Origin: Fibrobacter sp.
Lineage (GTDB): Bacteria > Fibrobacterota > Fibrobacteria > Fibrobacterales > Fibrobacteraceae
Assembly (NCBI GenBank): GCA_031271785.1
Contig: JAISUZ010000076.1
Span: forward strand, 1 to 32,000
Direction of reading: 5' to 3'
Length of the DNA: 32,000 nt
Shown here: one piece after another, positions 9,129 through 17,929 of the stretch
Position numbering within the stretch: the first letter of the stretch is position 1
How the letters are laid out: the number at the start of each line of letters is the position of its first letter
Program-made: the position numbers and the translations under genes
The notes under the pieces: model-generated
Database searches by the model: none
The model's input: only the letters and a program-made list of their open reading frames with translations
What the model was told of the DNA's origin: nothing

Positions 9129-9892
9129 TAAAACTCGGAAAAACAGAATCTCGCTTGAATGAAGAAATCGAACGACGGGGCGCGCTCTTTGCCGTACTCC
9201 TTGACCCGGACACTTCCGACGATACTGCGCTTTTAAAGTCGGGGACGCTCGCGGCGGAAAACGGCGCGGACGTGCTTCTCGTGGGCGGCTCTTTCATGGG
9301 AAATTTTAACCTCCCGAAACAAGTCCTCGCCCTCAAGAAAGAAGTTTCCCTCCCGGTCATTCTATTCCCGGGCGGCGCCTCGCAGATCGTTCCCGGGTTC
9401 GACGCCGTTCTTTTCACAACTCTCGTGAGCGGCCGCAATCCGAATTATTTAATAGACGAACAAGTGCGCGGCGGCGTTTTGGTACGCTCCCTCCAGATGG
9501 AAGCGATCCCCACAGCGTATCAGCTTATTAACAGCGGAAAACGTACCGCAGTCGAATACATTAGCGGCACTCAACCGGTTCCCGCCGATAAACCGAAACT
9601 TTCCATGGTGCATTCCATGGCCGCCGAACTGATGGGAATGCGTTATGTTTACCTCGAAGCAGGGAGCGGCGCCGAAAATCCGGTGGCGGTGGAGCATATC
9701 GCTTACACGAGAAAGGCCACAGAGCTCAAAATTATTTGCGGCGGCGGTATCCGGACCCCTCAGGCGGCGCACGAGCGCGTAAAAGCCGGAGCGCAGGTGA
9801 TTGTCACCGGAACTTTATGGGAAACGGTGAGCGATCCCGGATTACTGAAAGAATTTTCCGCTGCCATCCATTCAAAAGAATCATTTTCTTAA
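9125..9892 (+). CDS. Geranylgeranylglyceryl-phosphate synthase / PcrB-family prenyltransferase
   Basis: TIM-barrel GGGPS/PcrB signatures are present: LLDPD, LLVGGS, LFPGG, YLEAGSGA and CGGGIR. I chose the ATG at 9125 because it overlaps the alaS stop (ATGA at 9125-9128). The ORF track offers an earlier ATG at 9104. Confidence 0.85.
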   Translation: MIKLGKTESRLNEEIERRGALFAVLLDPDTSDDTALLKSGTLAAENGADVLLVGGSFMGNFNLPKQVLALKKEVSLPVILFPGGASQIVPGFDAVLFTTLVSGRNPNYLIDEQVRGGVLVRSLQMEAIPTAYQLINSGKRTAVEYISGTQPVPADKPKLSMVHSMAAELMGMRYVYLEAGSGAENPVAVEHIAYTRKATELKIICGGGIRTPQAAHERVKAGAQVIVTGTLWETVSDPGLLKEFSAAIHSKESFS

Positions 9893-9939
9893 AATGAAAG
9901 TATTTTAGAATACCGGAAAACCCGTTTTGGAGGATTACA

Positions 9940-10179
9940 ATGGAAAAAGTGAAATATGTCGTTATGGCGACTTACATTTTGCGTGTTTTGGGTGCCATTT
10001 TGGTGATCGCTTATTTTTTAGGCGGAACTGTTCTTTATAATTTGTTCCCCGCTTTGGAAGGCGCTTCTCTAAACCCGGTATTTTATGCAGGTATTGCTTT
10101 TTATGCGTTCGGCGCGATAATTTATTACCTGGCGAGAAACCGCAAACAACCTTCTTCCCGGGATCATGAAGACGAATGA
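9940..10179 (+). CDS. Small two-TM membrane protein (79 aa), unknown function
   Basis: GGAGGA RBS upstream and two hydrophobic helices. Its stop overlaps the start of the next gene (ATGA at 10176-10179). Confidence 0.6.
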   Translation: MEKVKYVVMATYILRVLGAILVIAYFLGGTVLYNLFPALEGASLNPVFYAGIAFYAFGAIIYYLARNRKQPSSRDHEDE

Positions 10180-11093
10180 TTCAAATTGAGAATTTGAAGA
10201 AAACCTATCGCACCGGTTTTTGGCTGAAATCGCGCCCGGCATTAGGCGGCGTTTCAATTTCGGTGCCGAAAGGTTCGATTTACGGTTTTATCGGGCCGAA
10301 CGGCGCCGGAAAATCAACGACAATTAAAGTTTTGACGGGGCTTTTGCGCGCCGACAGCGGCCGCGTTCTCATTAACGGGTTTCCCGCCGGTTCCGTGAAG
10401 AGCCGCCGGTTTCTCGGGTATTTGCCGGAACAGCCTTATTTTTACGATTATCTTACCGGGCGCGAACTTTTGAAGTTTTACGGTTCGCTTGCCGATATTC
10501 CGAACGGCGCGCTTGCTTCAAGAATTGACTTTGCGCTTGAGATGGTGAGTGCGAACAAACCCTGGATTGATCGCCGCCTCCGGACTTATTCCAAGGGAAT
10601 GATGCAGCGGGTGGGACTTGCGCAGGCGATTCTTTCCCAACCGGAAGTCCTGATTCTCGACGAACCTATGAGCGGGCTCGACCCCGTAGGCCGCCGGGAT
10701 GTGCGTGAAGCGATTTACACTTTGAATCAATCGGGAATCACCGTCTTTTATTCAAGCCATCTCCTTTCGGATGTGGAATCCATCAGCCATCGCGTGGCGA
10801 TGATTGTAGAAGGAAAAATTGTCCGTGAAGGTACCATTAACGAAGTCACGGGCGCAGAAGGCGTTCAATATCGGATTCAGGTGCGGGAAGAAATTCATGC
10901 CGCCGATTTACCGGCGGGCGTTTCTCCTTCGATGGCGCACCACGGTGAGTTTATCTGCGATCAGGAAAAATCTAAAAATGAGTTTTTTGCGTTTTGCCTC
11001 TCTCGCGGTTTTTCGATTGAACGCGTGGAACATGAACGTCCCAGTCTGGAAGATATTTTGACACAGGAGATTGCCCGTGCTGAAAGGAATTAG
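10176..11093 (+). CDS. ABC transporter ATP-binding protein (ABC-2/exporter type)
   Basis: Walker A GPNGAGKST, signature YSKGMMQRVGLA, Walker B LILDEP, and an H-loop SSH. Confidence 0.93.
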   Translation: MIQIENLKKTYRTGFWLKSRPALGGVSISVPKGSIYGFIGPNGAGKSTTIKVLTGLLRADSGRVLINGFPAGSVKSRRFLGYLPEQPYFYDYLTGRELLKFYGSLADIPNGALASRIDFALEMVSANKPWIDRRLRTYSKGMMQRVGLAQAILSQPEVLILDEPMSGLDPVGRRDVREAIYTLNQSGITVFYSSHLLSDVESISHRVAMIVEGKIVREGTINEVTGAEGVQYRIQVREEIHAADLPAGVSPSMAHHGEFICDQEKSKNEFFAFCLSRGFSIERVEHERPSLEDILTQEIARAERN

Positions 11094-11883
11094 TCATATC
11101 TTCACTATCGCTCAAAATACGTTCCGGGAATCCATCCGCGATAAAATTTTGTACAACATTATTTTTCTTGCGGTCGGGCTTGTGGCTTTTACGATTATTC
11201 TCGGGGAGTGGTCGGTATTTGACCGCGCTCATGTGATTAAAACCACCACGCTTACCATTATGTCTTTCTCCGGGCTTTTGATTTCGGTGTTTATCGGAAT
11301 CAGTCTCGTACAAAAAGAAATTCAGAAACGTACGGTGCTTACGCTGCTTTCCAAACCCATTTACCGTATTGAATTTATTGTCGGTAAATACTTTGGGCTT
11401 TTAGCGGTGATTACCGTGAATCTTGCGCTTCTTACCGGAATTTTTTACCTGATTTTGTGGGCCACTCATTCTTCGCCTTCGCTTGATTTATTGCAGGCGG
11501 TGTATCTCATATTCTGTGAAATGGCGATTGTGATTGCGGTCGCGCTTTTGTTTTCGAGTTTCAGCAGTCCTGTTCTCAGCGCGCTTTTTACGCTCGGGAT
11601 TTATATCGCCGGGCATTTATCCGATCAACTTTTGGAACAGGTGCGTTTTGTGCAGCGCATGGGAGAAATTCAAGGCGCGGAAAGTGCGGTACTGGAGCGG
11701 GCGGCCGCTATTATTCATGCGGTTTTTCCGGGGCTTTACCGTTATAATGTTTCGGGTTACGTTGTGTATCAAATTCCGCTTCCCGATCATTACCTTCTCT
11801 GGAATTCGCTTTATGCGTTAGGTTACATCGGTATTTTTTTGGTTGTGGCTTCCTGGTGGTTTAGCCGAAGGGATTTTTTATGA
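11077..11883 (+). CDS. ABC-2 family transporter permease
   Basis: Polytopic hydrophobic protein directly coupled to the ATPase. I prefer the GTG at 11077, 6 nt after AGGAGA (11065-11070). The ORF-track start is the TTG at 11071. Confidence 0.8.
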   Translation: MLKGISHIFTIAQNTFRESIRDKILYNIIFLAVGLVAFTIILGEWSVFDRAHVIKTTTLTIMSFSGLLISVFIGISLVQKEIQKRTVLTLLSKPIYRIEFIVGKYFGLLAVITVNLALLTGIFYLILWATHSSPSLDLLQAVYLIFCEMAIVIAVALLFSSFSSPVLSALFTLGIYIAGHLSDQLLEQVRFVQRMGEIQGAESAVLERAAAIIHAVFPGLYRYNVSGYVVYQIPLPDHYLLWNSLYALGYIGIFLVVASWWFSRRDFL

Positions 11884-13451
11884 ATAATCAGCAAATGGCA
11901 AAGGTTCTTTTTTCCAATAAACTCGCTACGCAAGAACAGATTCGTGAATATTGGAACAAAATAGATGCCAATCACAATATCGGAGAACTTCTCCGCGATG
12001 CCGGGATTCTCGCTCCGGCAATGTATGAAAAAGTATATGCTCACATGACTTCTTCCGCTCCGGCGGTGCAAACAACCACCGAAGAAACTAAGGCAACGCC
12101 GGCCGCCGCTGTTCCTCCGGCTGCTCCCGCTAAAAAGGCGGCGGAAGAACCCGCCGAAATTCATATTGAAGGAAATAACTTGTATTCCGGGAGTTCCTAT
12201 ACCGCCGATGTTCAGGTGGAAAGCATCAGCGGGCTTGAATCCACCAATCTTTTTGCTTTCAACCCGGTTGCCGGAGAGGAAAATCAGGAAGAATCCGTTT
12301 CCGCCCTCCCGCGCCGTTTTGCCATGCCGAATCCGGGCGAGGAACGCGAGCTTGCCGCTCCGGAAACGGTTACCGTTCAAACGCCTTTGAATTTGATGAT
12401 TGCTTTTGCTAAAAAGTATATGGCAACGGATATATATCTGAAAAACGGTTATCAAATTGTGATTCGTTCCGCAGGTGTTTTGCACCGTGTTTCGGAAGCC
12501 GAAATTAACCCTTCTCAATTAAGCGCATGGCTTTTGGAAGCGGCCGCCGGTTTTATCGACGGTTACAAGCCTGCGGTAGGAAAAGATTTCAGCAAAGCGT
12601 TTTCGCTTCCCGGCGTGGGGCGTGCGCGCCTTTCCGTAACGTGGAACAAAGAAGTTCCGGATCTTGCGATTCGTTTAATTTCAAATCAGGCGATTCATTT
12701 CAAAGAACTCGGTTTGCCGGAAGTGGCAGACGAACTTTTCGGTTTCGACAGCGGACTGATTTTGCTTTCGGGACCTGCCGGCAGCGGAAAATCCACAACT
12801 CTCGCCGCCATTGGGGAAGCCCTTGCCGAGAATCGTTCCATTTTCCTGCAGACTGTTGAAAAACCGATCGAACGGATTTTGAAAAATTCCGCCGGCATTG
12901 TTGTTCAAAAAGAAGTGGATTTGCACACGCTTTCCGGTGTTCAAGGGATTTATGAAGCCTTAAAAAACGGGGCGAACGTTTTGCTGTTCGATTCGCTGGA
13001 AACACCCGAAGAACTTTTCGCGCTTGTGAATGCCGCGAGCGCGGGTATGCTCGTGATTGCCGTCACCACAGGGAATCATGTGGCGGCGCTCCTTTCCAAA
13101 TGGGAGGCTTCGGTTTCGGAATCTCAAAAAGCGGCGTTTAAAAATCTTTTAGCCGAACAGTTGCGCGGTATCATTGTTCAGCATCTCGTTCCGGTTGCGG
13201 ACGGCCAGGGTCAAATTCTCGCGGCCGAAGTTTTGAAAGTGAATACGGCGGTTTCTCTCCTGATTCGCCAGGGAGATTTTATGCAGGTTTCTTCCATGAT
13301 TGCCACCAATCCGGGTATTGGCTGCAGTCTCGATAATTCTTTGCAAAACTGGTTGGATTCGGGTTATATCGAAGGTGTGGAGGCTTGGCAGCGCGCTTGG
13401 GATACCAAACGTTTTGCGGCGTACCGCCCCGAAGCAAAGAGAGGTGTTTAA
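11880..13451 (+). CDS. Divergent PilT/GspE-superfamily ATPase-like protein with an N-terminal extension
   Basis: The C-terminal roughly 350 aa align by eye to PilT. Walker A is LSGPAGSGKSTTLAA. The Asp box is TVEKPIER, the Walker B region is VLLFDSLET and the His-box region is GMLVIAVTTGNH. The N-terminal roughly 55 aa are helical, followed by an Ala/Pro/Glu-rich linker. ATGA overlap with the permease at 11880-11883. Confidence 0.8.
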   Translation: MNNQQMAKVLFSNKLATQEQIREYWNKIDANHNIGELLRDAGILAPAMYEKVYAHMTSSAPAVQTTTEETKATPAAAVPPAAPAKKAAEEPAEIHIEGNNLYSGSSYTADVQVESISGLESTNLFAFNPVAGEENQEESVSALPRRFAMPNPGEERELAAPETVTVQTPLNLMIAFAKKYMATDIYLKNGYQIVIRSAGVLHRVSEAEINPSQLSAWLLEAAAGFIDGYKPAVGKDFSKAFSLPGVGRARLSVTWNKEVPDLAIRLISNQAIHFKELGLPEVADELFGFDSGLILLSGPAGSGKSTTLAAIGEALAENRSIFLQTVEKPIERILKNSAGIVVQKEVDLHTLSGVQGIYEALKNGANVLLFDSLETPEELFALVNAASAGMLVIAVTTGNHVAALLSKWEASVSESQKAAFKNLLAEQLRGIIVQHLVPVADGQGQILAAEVLKVNTAVSLLIRQGDFMQVSSMIATNPGIGCSLDNSLQNWLDSGYIEGVEAWQRAWDTKRFAAYRPEAKRGV

Positions 13452-14459
13452 ATGGAAATTTCCGTAGAATCTTTTTTGGAATACGCCGTTATGGCGGGGG
13501 CCACCGACCTTATTCTTGCCGAAGGTCTCGTTCCTGCGGTGCGTATTGCCTCGAATACTTATGCGATTCCGGATGCTCCGGTGATTCCCCTCGGTACGCT
13601 TGAAAAATTCACAGGACCGCTTCCCGATGAATCGGGTGTTTTCTGCGGCGGACCCTGGTGCCATTATCACTGGCGCGTGCAGTATTCCCGTGAAGCCTTC
13701 GGCAGAATGGCTTGTTTTCGTCTTTTAACGGCGGAATGCCCCGACCTCGCGAGTCTTGGGGCGCCGGGTTCGGTACAAAATCTATTGCATCTCGGTTCCG
13801 GGCTTGTGATTTTTGCGGGGCCTTCGGCGTCGGGAAAAACCATGACCGCTTCTTCTTTTGTTTCGGCTTATTCGCAAGTTCGCGTGTGCCGCGCCGCTTT
13901 TTTGGAACCCTTGCAGGAATATAACCTCAATTTCGGCGAGAGTTTGGTACAAATGCGCCGACCGAAAATAGAAATGGCGAGTGAAATCAAGCAAGGACTT
14001 TTAAACGGCACCGATCTTTTCTGGCTGGGGAATTTGAGTTCCGAATTTTTTATTGCCGCGCTGAAAGCAGCCGAAGCCGGTTCTCTTGTAGTAGGAACGG
14101 CAAACGGCGGAAGTATCGCGGGCGTTTTCGATTCGATTGTGGCGGCCGAACCGGCGGCAAATCAATCTTTGCTCCGGTCGCTTCTTGCTTACAACTTAAA
14201 AGCGGTGGTATTTCAGCGTACCGTTCCGATGGCAAGCGGCGAAGGTTCCGTGTGTCTTTGGGAAGTGCTTTATAATAATCCGACGGTATCTTCTCTGATT
14301 CGGAGCGGTGAACATTACAAGTTTTCGCAAGTGATTGCCGCGGGAGCCGCGGAAGGAATGCACTCCATGGATTTGTCTCTCGCCGCCGCCGTTAAATCCG
14401 GGCAAATTTCCCGCGAAGAAGCGAAGCGCTTTGCTTTTGACGAGTCTCAATTAGGGTAA
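13452..14459 (+). CDS. Divergent PilT-like ATPase-like protein (second paralogue)
   Basis: 335 aa, PilT-sized. Walker A is FAGPSASGKTMT. The Walker B region is DLFWLGNLSS and the His-box region is GSLVVGTANGGS. The start ATG abuts the previous TAA, and a GAGG RBS lies at 13441-13444. Confidence 0.78.
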   Translation: MEISVESFLEYAVMAGATDLILAEGLVPAVRIASNTYAIPDAPVIPLGTLEKFTGPLPDESGVFCGGPWCHYHWRVQYSREAFGRMACFRLLTAECPDLASLGAPGSVQNLLHLGSGLVIFAGPSASGKTMTASSFVSAYSQVRVCRAAFLEPLQEYNLNFGESLVQMRRPKIEMASEIKQGLLNGTDLFWLGNLSSEFFIAALKAAEAGSLVVGTANGGSIAGVFDSIVAAEPAANQSLLRSLLAYNLKAVVFQRTVPMASGEGSVCLWEVLYNNPTVSSLIRSGEHYKFSQVIAAGAAEGMHSMDLSLAAAVKSGQISREEAKRFAFDESQLG

Positions 14460-14470
14460 CCGGTATCAAA

Positions 14471-16777
14471 ATGTCTTTGTTAAAAAAAGTTTCCGGAGTT
14501 CTGTTGTTCTTAGGGACTTTTTTGTTTTCCGCAGAAATTCCGCCGTTCGAAGATTCTTTAGCGGTTTTAAATGCAGCGAAGGCTCATGACGATTCGGTTC
14601 TTACCGTCATGGCGGAATCATTTGTTACGGATTCCGTACAAACGAATGATTCATCCGAAATCCGGCAGGCATTGCCTCCGGAAATTCCGCTCCGTACGGT
14701 GCTTTATTTGGGCGGGGGAGAAGGGGCGGCCTGGTATCACCTCGGCGTATTTTACGCGCTTCGGGATTATCATATTCCTATAGACTCCATGGTGGTATCA
14801 TCTTGGGGCTCGCTCGTGGGTTCTCTCGTTTCTTCCGGCTGGGAACTCGATGAAATTCAGCGTTTTCTTTTGGAACCCGAAATCGCGCCTTTTTTAACCG
14901 ATGAATCTTTGGAAGGAAAGCCTTCGGCTTTGTATCCGCTCGCTTTTGCCGAGACCGGAAATCCGGCGCTCGAATGGCGGTTTTCCTTAAAACCCGATTC
15001 TGCCGGTTGGGTTCAAATGAAACAGCGAAATGTTTTTCCCGATACGCTTCGCCTGCGTCAATTGCTCTTTAAGTTGCGCATTCAGGAAAGTTTGGAACGG
15101 GATCTTCCCGGGACTTTTATTCCTTTGTCTGTTAATTCCTGCGCCGGCAATGAAACGGCGGCTTATGTCACGCTTCTGCAAAGCATTCCTTTTTTCGATA
15201 ACCCGCGTTCGGGGGAACTTTGCGCCCCCATCCCGTATCCCGCATCCAAAACCGGTAATGAAATTGCCGTTCTTTCGGTCAATGCCGCTTTTAGAGAGTC
15301 AAAACCGCCGGTTTATTCCTGGAAAGCCGCTATTCGCGATAGTGTTCTCCGGAAAATAGATACGGATTCGGCTTCATCGATTATCCTCAGGCCTTACCGT
15401 GTGGAAACAAACGCTCCGCAAGCCTGGATGCAAGCGGGGTACAATGCGGTCGAAAAAAAGAGCGGGGAATTTAATGTTCTCGCCGGCCGGATTCAGGAAA
15501 ACAGGAACGCTCCGAAAAAGAAACCGGAAACTATTTACCCGCGTTTTCGCTTTTATCTATCCGCCGACAGCATTTCTTCCGAAATTCAAACGCATGTGCG
15601 TACATTCTGGAATCCGGCGGATACCGGTATCAATACGCCCCGGAATTTCCTTTTCGGCATTTCCCAAAATCCGGTTTATGATTCCTTACAAATTCAGCTG
15701 GAACCCGGCGGCGATTTTTCCGTAGATGCTTTTGCGGATCCGCTTTTGGATATTCGTTTCGGAGGTTTCGGCTCTAATTTGTGGGGTGCGAACGCTTTCG
15801 GAACGGTCTCTTTCCGTTATATCAATCAGTTTGAATATCTTCTTTCCGCGAGCGCGTTTTACGGTGTGACTTCCCGCGGGTTTTCTCCGGAACTGCGTCT
15901 TCTCGGTCTCGGAGAAGGAAAATGGGATGTTTTCTTTAAAGCGACTTGGGCGGATTGGGTGCCGCTTAAAGAAATTTTACATGATATTCCGGTAAGTGAA
16001 CGAATTTATTCGGAAAAGAAATCGGATTATCTCTTCGGTTTCGATCACCGGCAAAATTCGGGTGCCGTTTTAGCGTTCCAAGTGCTTGTCGGGCAAAGCA
16101 ATTTTGAAACCGAAAGCGACGATCGGCTAAAGGTAAAACAAATGTACCCGCATTTTATTTACCGGCTTCAAACGAAACATTTTGAACCTTGGTTCGGCAG
16201 CGAAGGCTATTCTTTTGAGTTTGAAGGCGGATTGAAATCGGTTTTCCTGTCGTTTGATTTATTTTCCGATGCGCCGCTTTATTTGAGTTCCCGCTTTGAT
16301 TTTCAGAAATATTTCTCGCTCAACCGTTTTATGGCTTTCGGGCTTGGAGCCACCGGCGCTCTGAATGTGCGGCGGAATACGGAATATCCGGAACCGCTTT
16401 ATTTGGTGAAAAACGAATTGGAAGAGACGGCACTTACCTCCCGTTACCGCGCTCATGCGGCGCTTTCCCCGTGGAGCGTTGAGGAACTTCCGTCGGAGTT
16501 GAGTTCCCACCATTATGTGGCGGCAAGAGCTAGTCTCGGCGCTCATATTCAAGGAACCGGATTTTGGCTTTTTGCCGCTTATCTCCGCGATTTTGAAAAT
16601 CACATGAAAATGCCGGATGAAAACCGCATTTCTTTGGAAGGAATGTTCCGCTTTCGATGGAAATCCGTTTCGTTTTTTGCCGGTTTAGGGCGTATTACCG
16701 AACTGGATGAAATTCAGGACTTAAAGGATTTTAAAAACCATCGCTATTTTGTGCAAATCGGCACACCGGTATTTTGA
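14471..16777 (+). CDS. Patatin-like domain fused to an Omp85-type beta-barrel (PlpD / type Vd-like outer-membrane protein)
   Basis: Signal peptide MSLLKKVSGVLLFLGTFLFSA. The patatin-like block is LYLGGGEGAAWYHLGVFYAL...VSSWGSLVGS. The long C-terminal region has alternating beta-strand character and ends ...FVQIGTPVF (terminal Phe). Confidence 0.75.
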   Translation: MSLLKKVSGVLLFLGTFLFSAEIPPFEDSLAVLNAAKAHDDSVLTVMAESFVTDSVQTNDSSEIRQALPPEIPLRTVLYLGGGEGAAWYHLGVFYALRDYHIPIDSMVVSSWGSLVGSLVSSGWELDEIQRFLLEPEIAPFLTDESLEGKPSALYPLAFAETGNPALEWRFSLKPDSAGWVQMKQRNVFPDTLRLRQLLFKLRIQESLERDLPGTFIPLSVNSCAGNETAAYVTLLQSIPFFDNPRSGELCAPIPYPASKTGNEIAVLSVNAAFRESKPPVYSWKAAIRDSVLRKIDTDSASSIILRPYRVETNAPQAWMQAGYNAVEKKSGEFNVLAGRIQENRNAPKKKPETIYPRFRFYLSADSISSEIQTHVRTFWNPADTGINTPRNFLFGISQNPVYDSLQIQLEPGGDFSVDAFADPLLDIRFGGFGSNLWGANAFGTVSFRYINQFEYLLSASAFYGVTSRGFSPELRLLGLGEGKWDVFFKATWADWVPLKEILHDIPVSERIYSEKKSDYLFGFDHRQNSGAVLAFQVLVGQSNFETESDDRLKVKQMYPHFIYRLQTKHFEPWFGSEGYSFEFEGGLKSVFLSFDLFSDAPLYLSSRFDFQKYFSLNRFMAFGLGATGALNVRRNTEYPEPLYLVKNELEETALTSRYRAHAALSPWSVEELPSELSSHHYVAARASLGAHIQGTGFWLFAAYLRDFENHMKMPDENRISLEGMFRFRWKSVSFFAGLGRITELDEIQDLKDFKNHRYFVQIGTPVF

Positions 16778-17008
16778 TTTTACCGGATATTCTATTTTCC
16801 CAAAAAATTATATACTTTCATTTATATGAATTGGTTTATTTTCTTTGTGAAAAATATTTTAGATTCCATACGGTGTCATGAATCAAGAGTGACGGAAGCA
16901 ATGAAAAAATCTCATGTAGATAAACCCGAAAGTTCATTTCAAATAATTTTTTCTTTTGTTTTATAAAACCGGAAATTAGTTTATAGACATATCTTTCAGA
17001 GGTAAAAA

Positions 17009-17920
17009 ATGGTTGAGGCGTTTTTAAGTTCATTGAATCGGGTTATTTTAGGAAAAGAGCATTCGGTTAAAATGCTTGTGGCGGCTCTATTCGCCGATGG
17101 GCATGTGCTGATTGAAGATGTTCCGGGCACCGGAAAAACAACGCTTGCGAAAGCGCTTGCGGTGGTGATGGATGCGAATTTTTCACGGATTCAATTTACG
17201 CCGGATTTGCTCCCTGCCGATGTGACGGGCGGCGCGGTTTACAGGCCGGGAACAGGGGAATTTGAAGTGCGGCAGGGTCCCGTTTTTACGCAATTATTGC
17301 TTGCCGATGAAATTAACCGCGCTTCTCCGCGAACGCAAAGCGCGCTCCTGGAGGCCATGGAAGAGCGGCAGGTTTCGCTGGAAGGGATTTCTCACGCGCT
17401 CCCCAAACCGTTTATGGTGCTTGCCACTCAAAATCCGGTAGAGTTTCATGGGGTATTTCCGCTTCCGGAAGCGCAAATGGACCGGTTTCTCGTTCGGATT
17501 TCCCTTGGATATCCGAGTTCCGAAACGGAACTTGATATTCTCCGCGCGCATCGCTTAAGCCGCCCGCTGGATTTGCTGAAACCGGTAACGACTCCCGATA
17601 AAGTAATTGAAATTCAGCAACGGGTACGCGAGATTCATGTAGAAGAATCGCTGGAACGTTACATAGTGAGTCTCGTGCAGGCTACGCGCGCGCATCATGC
17701 GTTCCGGCTTCCGGCGAGCCCGCGCGCGGGATATTCGCTGATGCGGGTTTCGCAGGCTCTCGCGTTTATGGCCGGCCGGGATTTTGTATCGCCCGACGAT
17801 ATTCAGGAAGCTCTCGTTCCGGTACTTGCTCACCGTATTTTCTTAAAAGAAGCGAACCTTGCCGGAGGAACGGAAAGAATACTTCTGGAAATTCAAAAAT
17901 CACTCCCGGTTCCGAAATAG
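17009..17920 (+). CDS. MoxR-family AAA+ ATPase
   Basis: Walker A EDVPGTGKTTLAKALA and Walker B LLADEINRASPRTQSALLEAMEE, with typical MoxR length. An AGAGG RBS lies upstream. Confidence 0.93.
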   Translation: MVEAFLSSLNRVILGKEHSVKMLVAALFADGHVLIEDVPGTGKTTLAKALAVVMDANFSRIQFTPDLLPADVTGGAVYRPGTGEFEVRQGPVFTQLLLADEINRASPRTQSALLEAMEERQVSLEGISHALPKPFMVLATQNPVEFHGVFPLPEAQMDRFLVRISLGYPSSETELDILRAHRLSRPLDLLKPVTTPDKVIEIQQRVREIHVEESLERYIVSLVQATRAHHAFRLPASPRAGYSLMRVSQALAFMAGRDFVSPDDIQEALVPVLAHRIFLKEANLAGGTERILLEIQKSLPVPK

Positions 17921-17929
17921 GGAGGGTGC

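Noticed and set aside
16826-16966. 46-aa ORF (MNWFIFFVKNILDS...) in the AT-rich spacer upstream of moxR
   Set aside because: It has no Shine-Dalgarno sequence. AT-rich DNA yields such ORFs by chance, and it has no recognisable features beyond one hydrophobic stretch.
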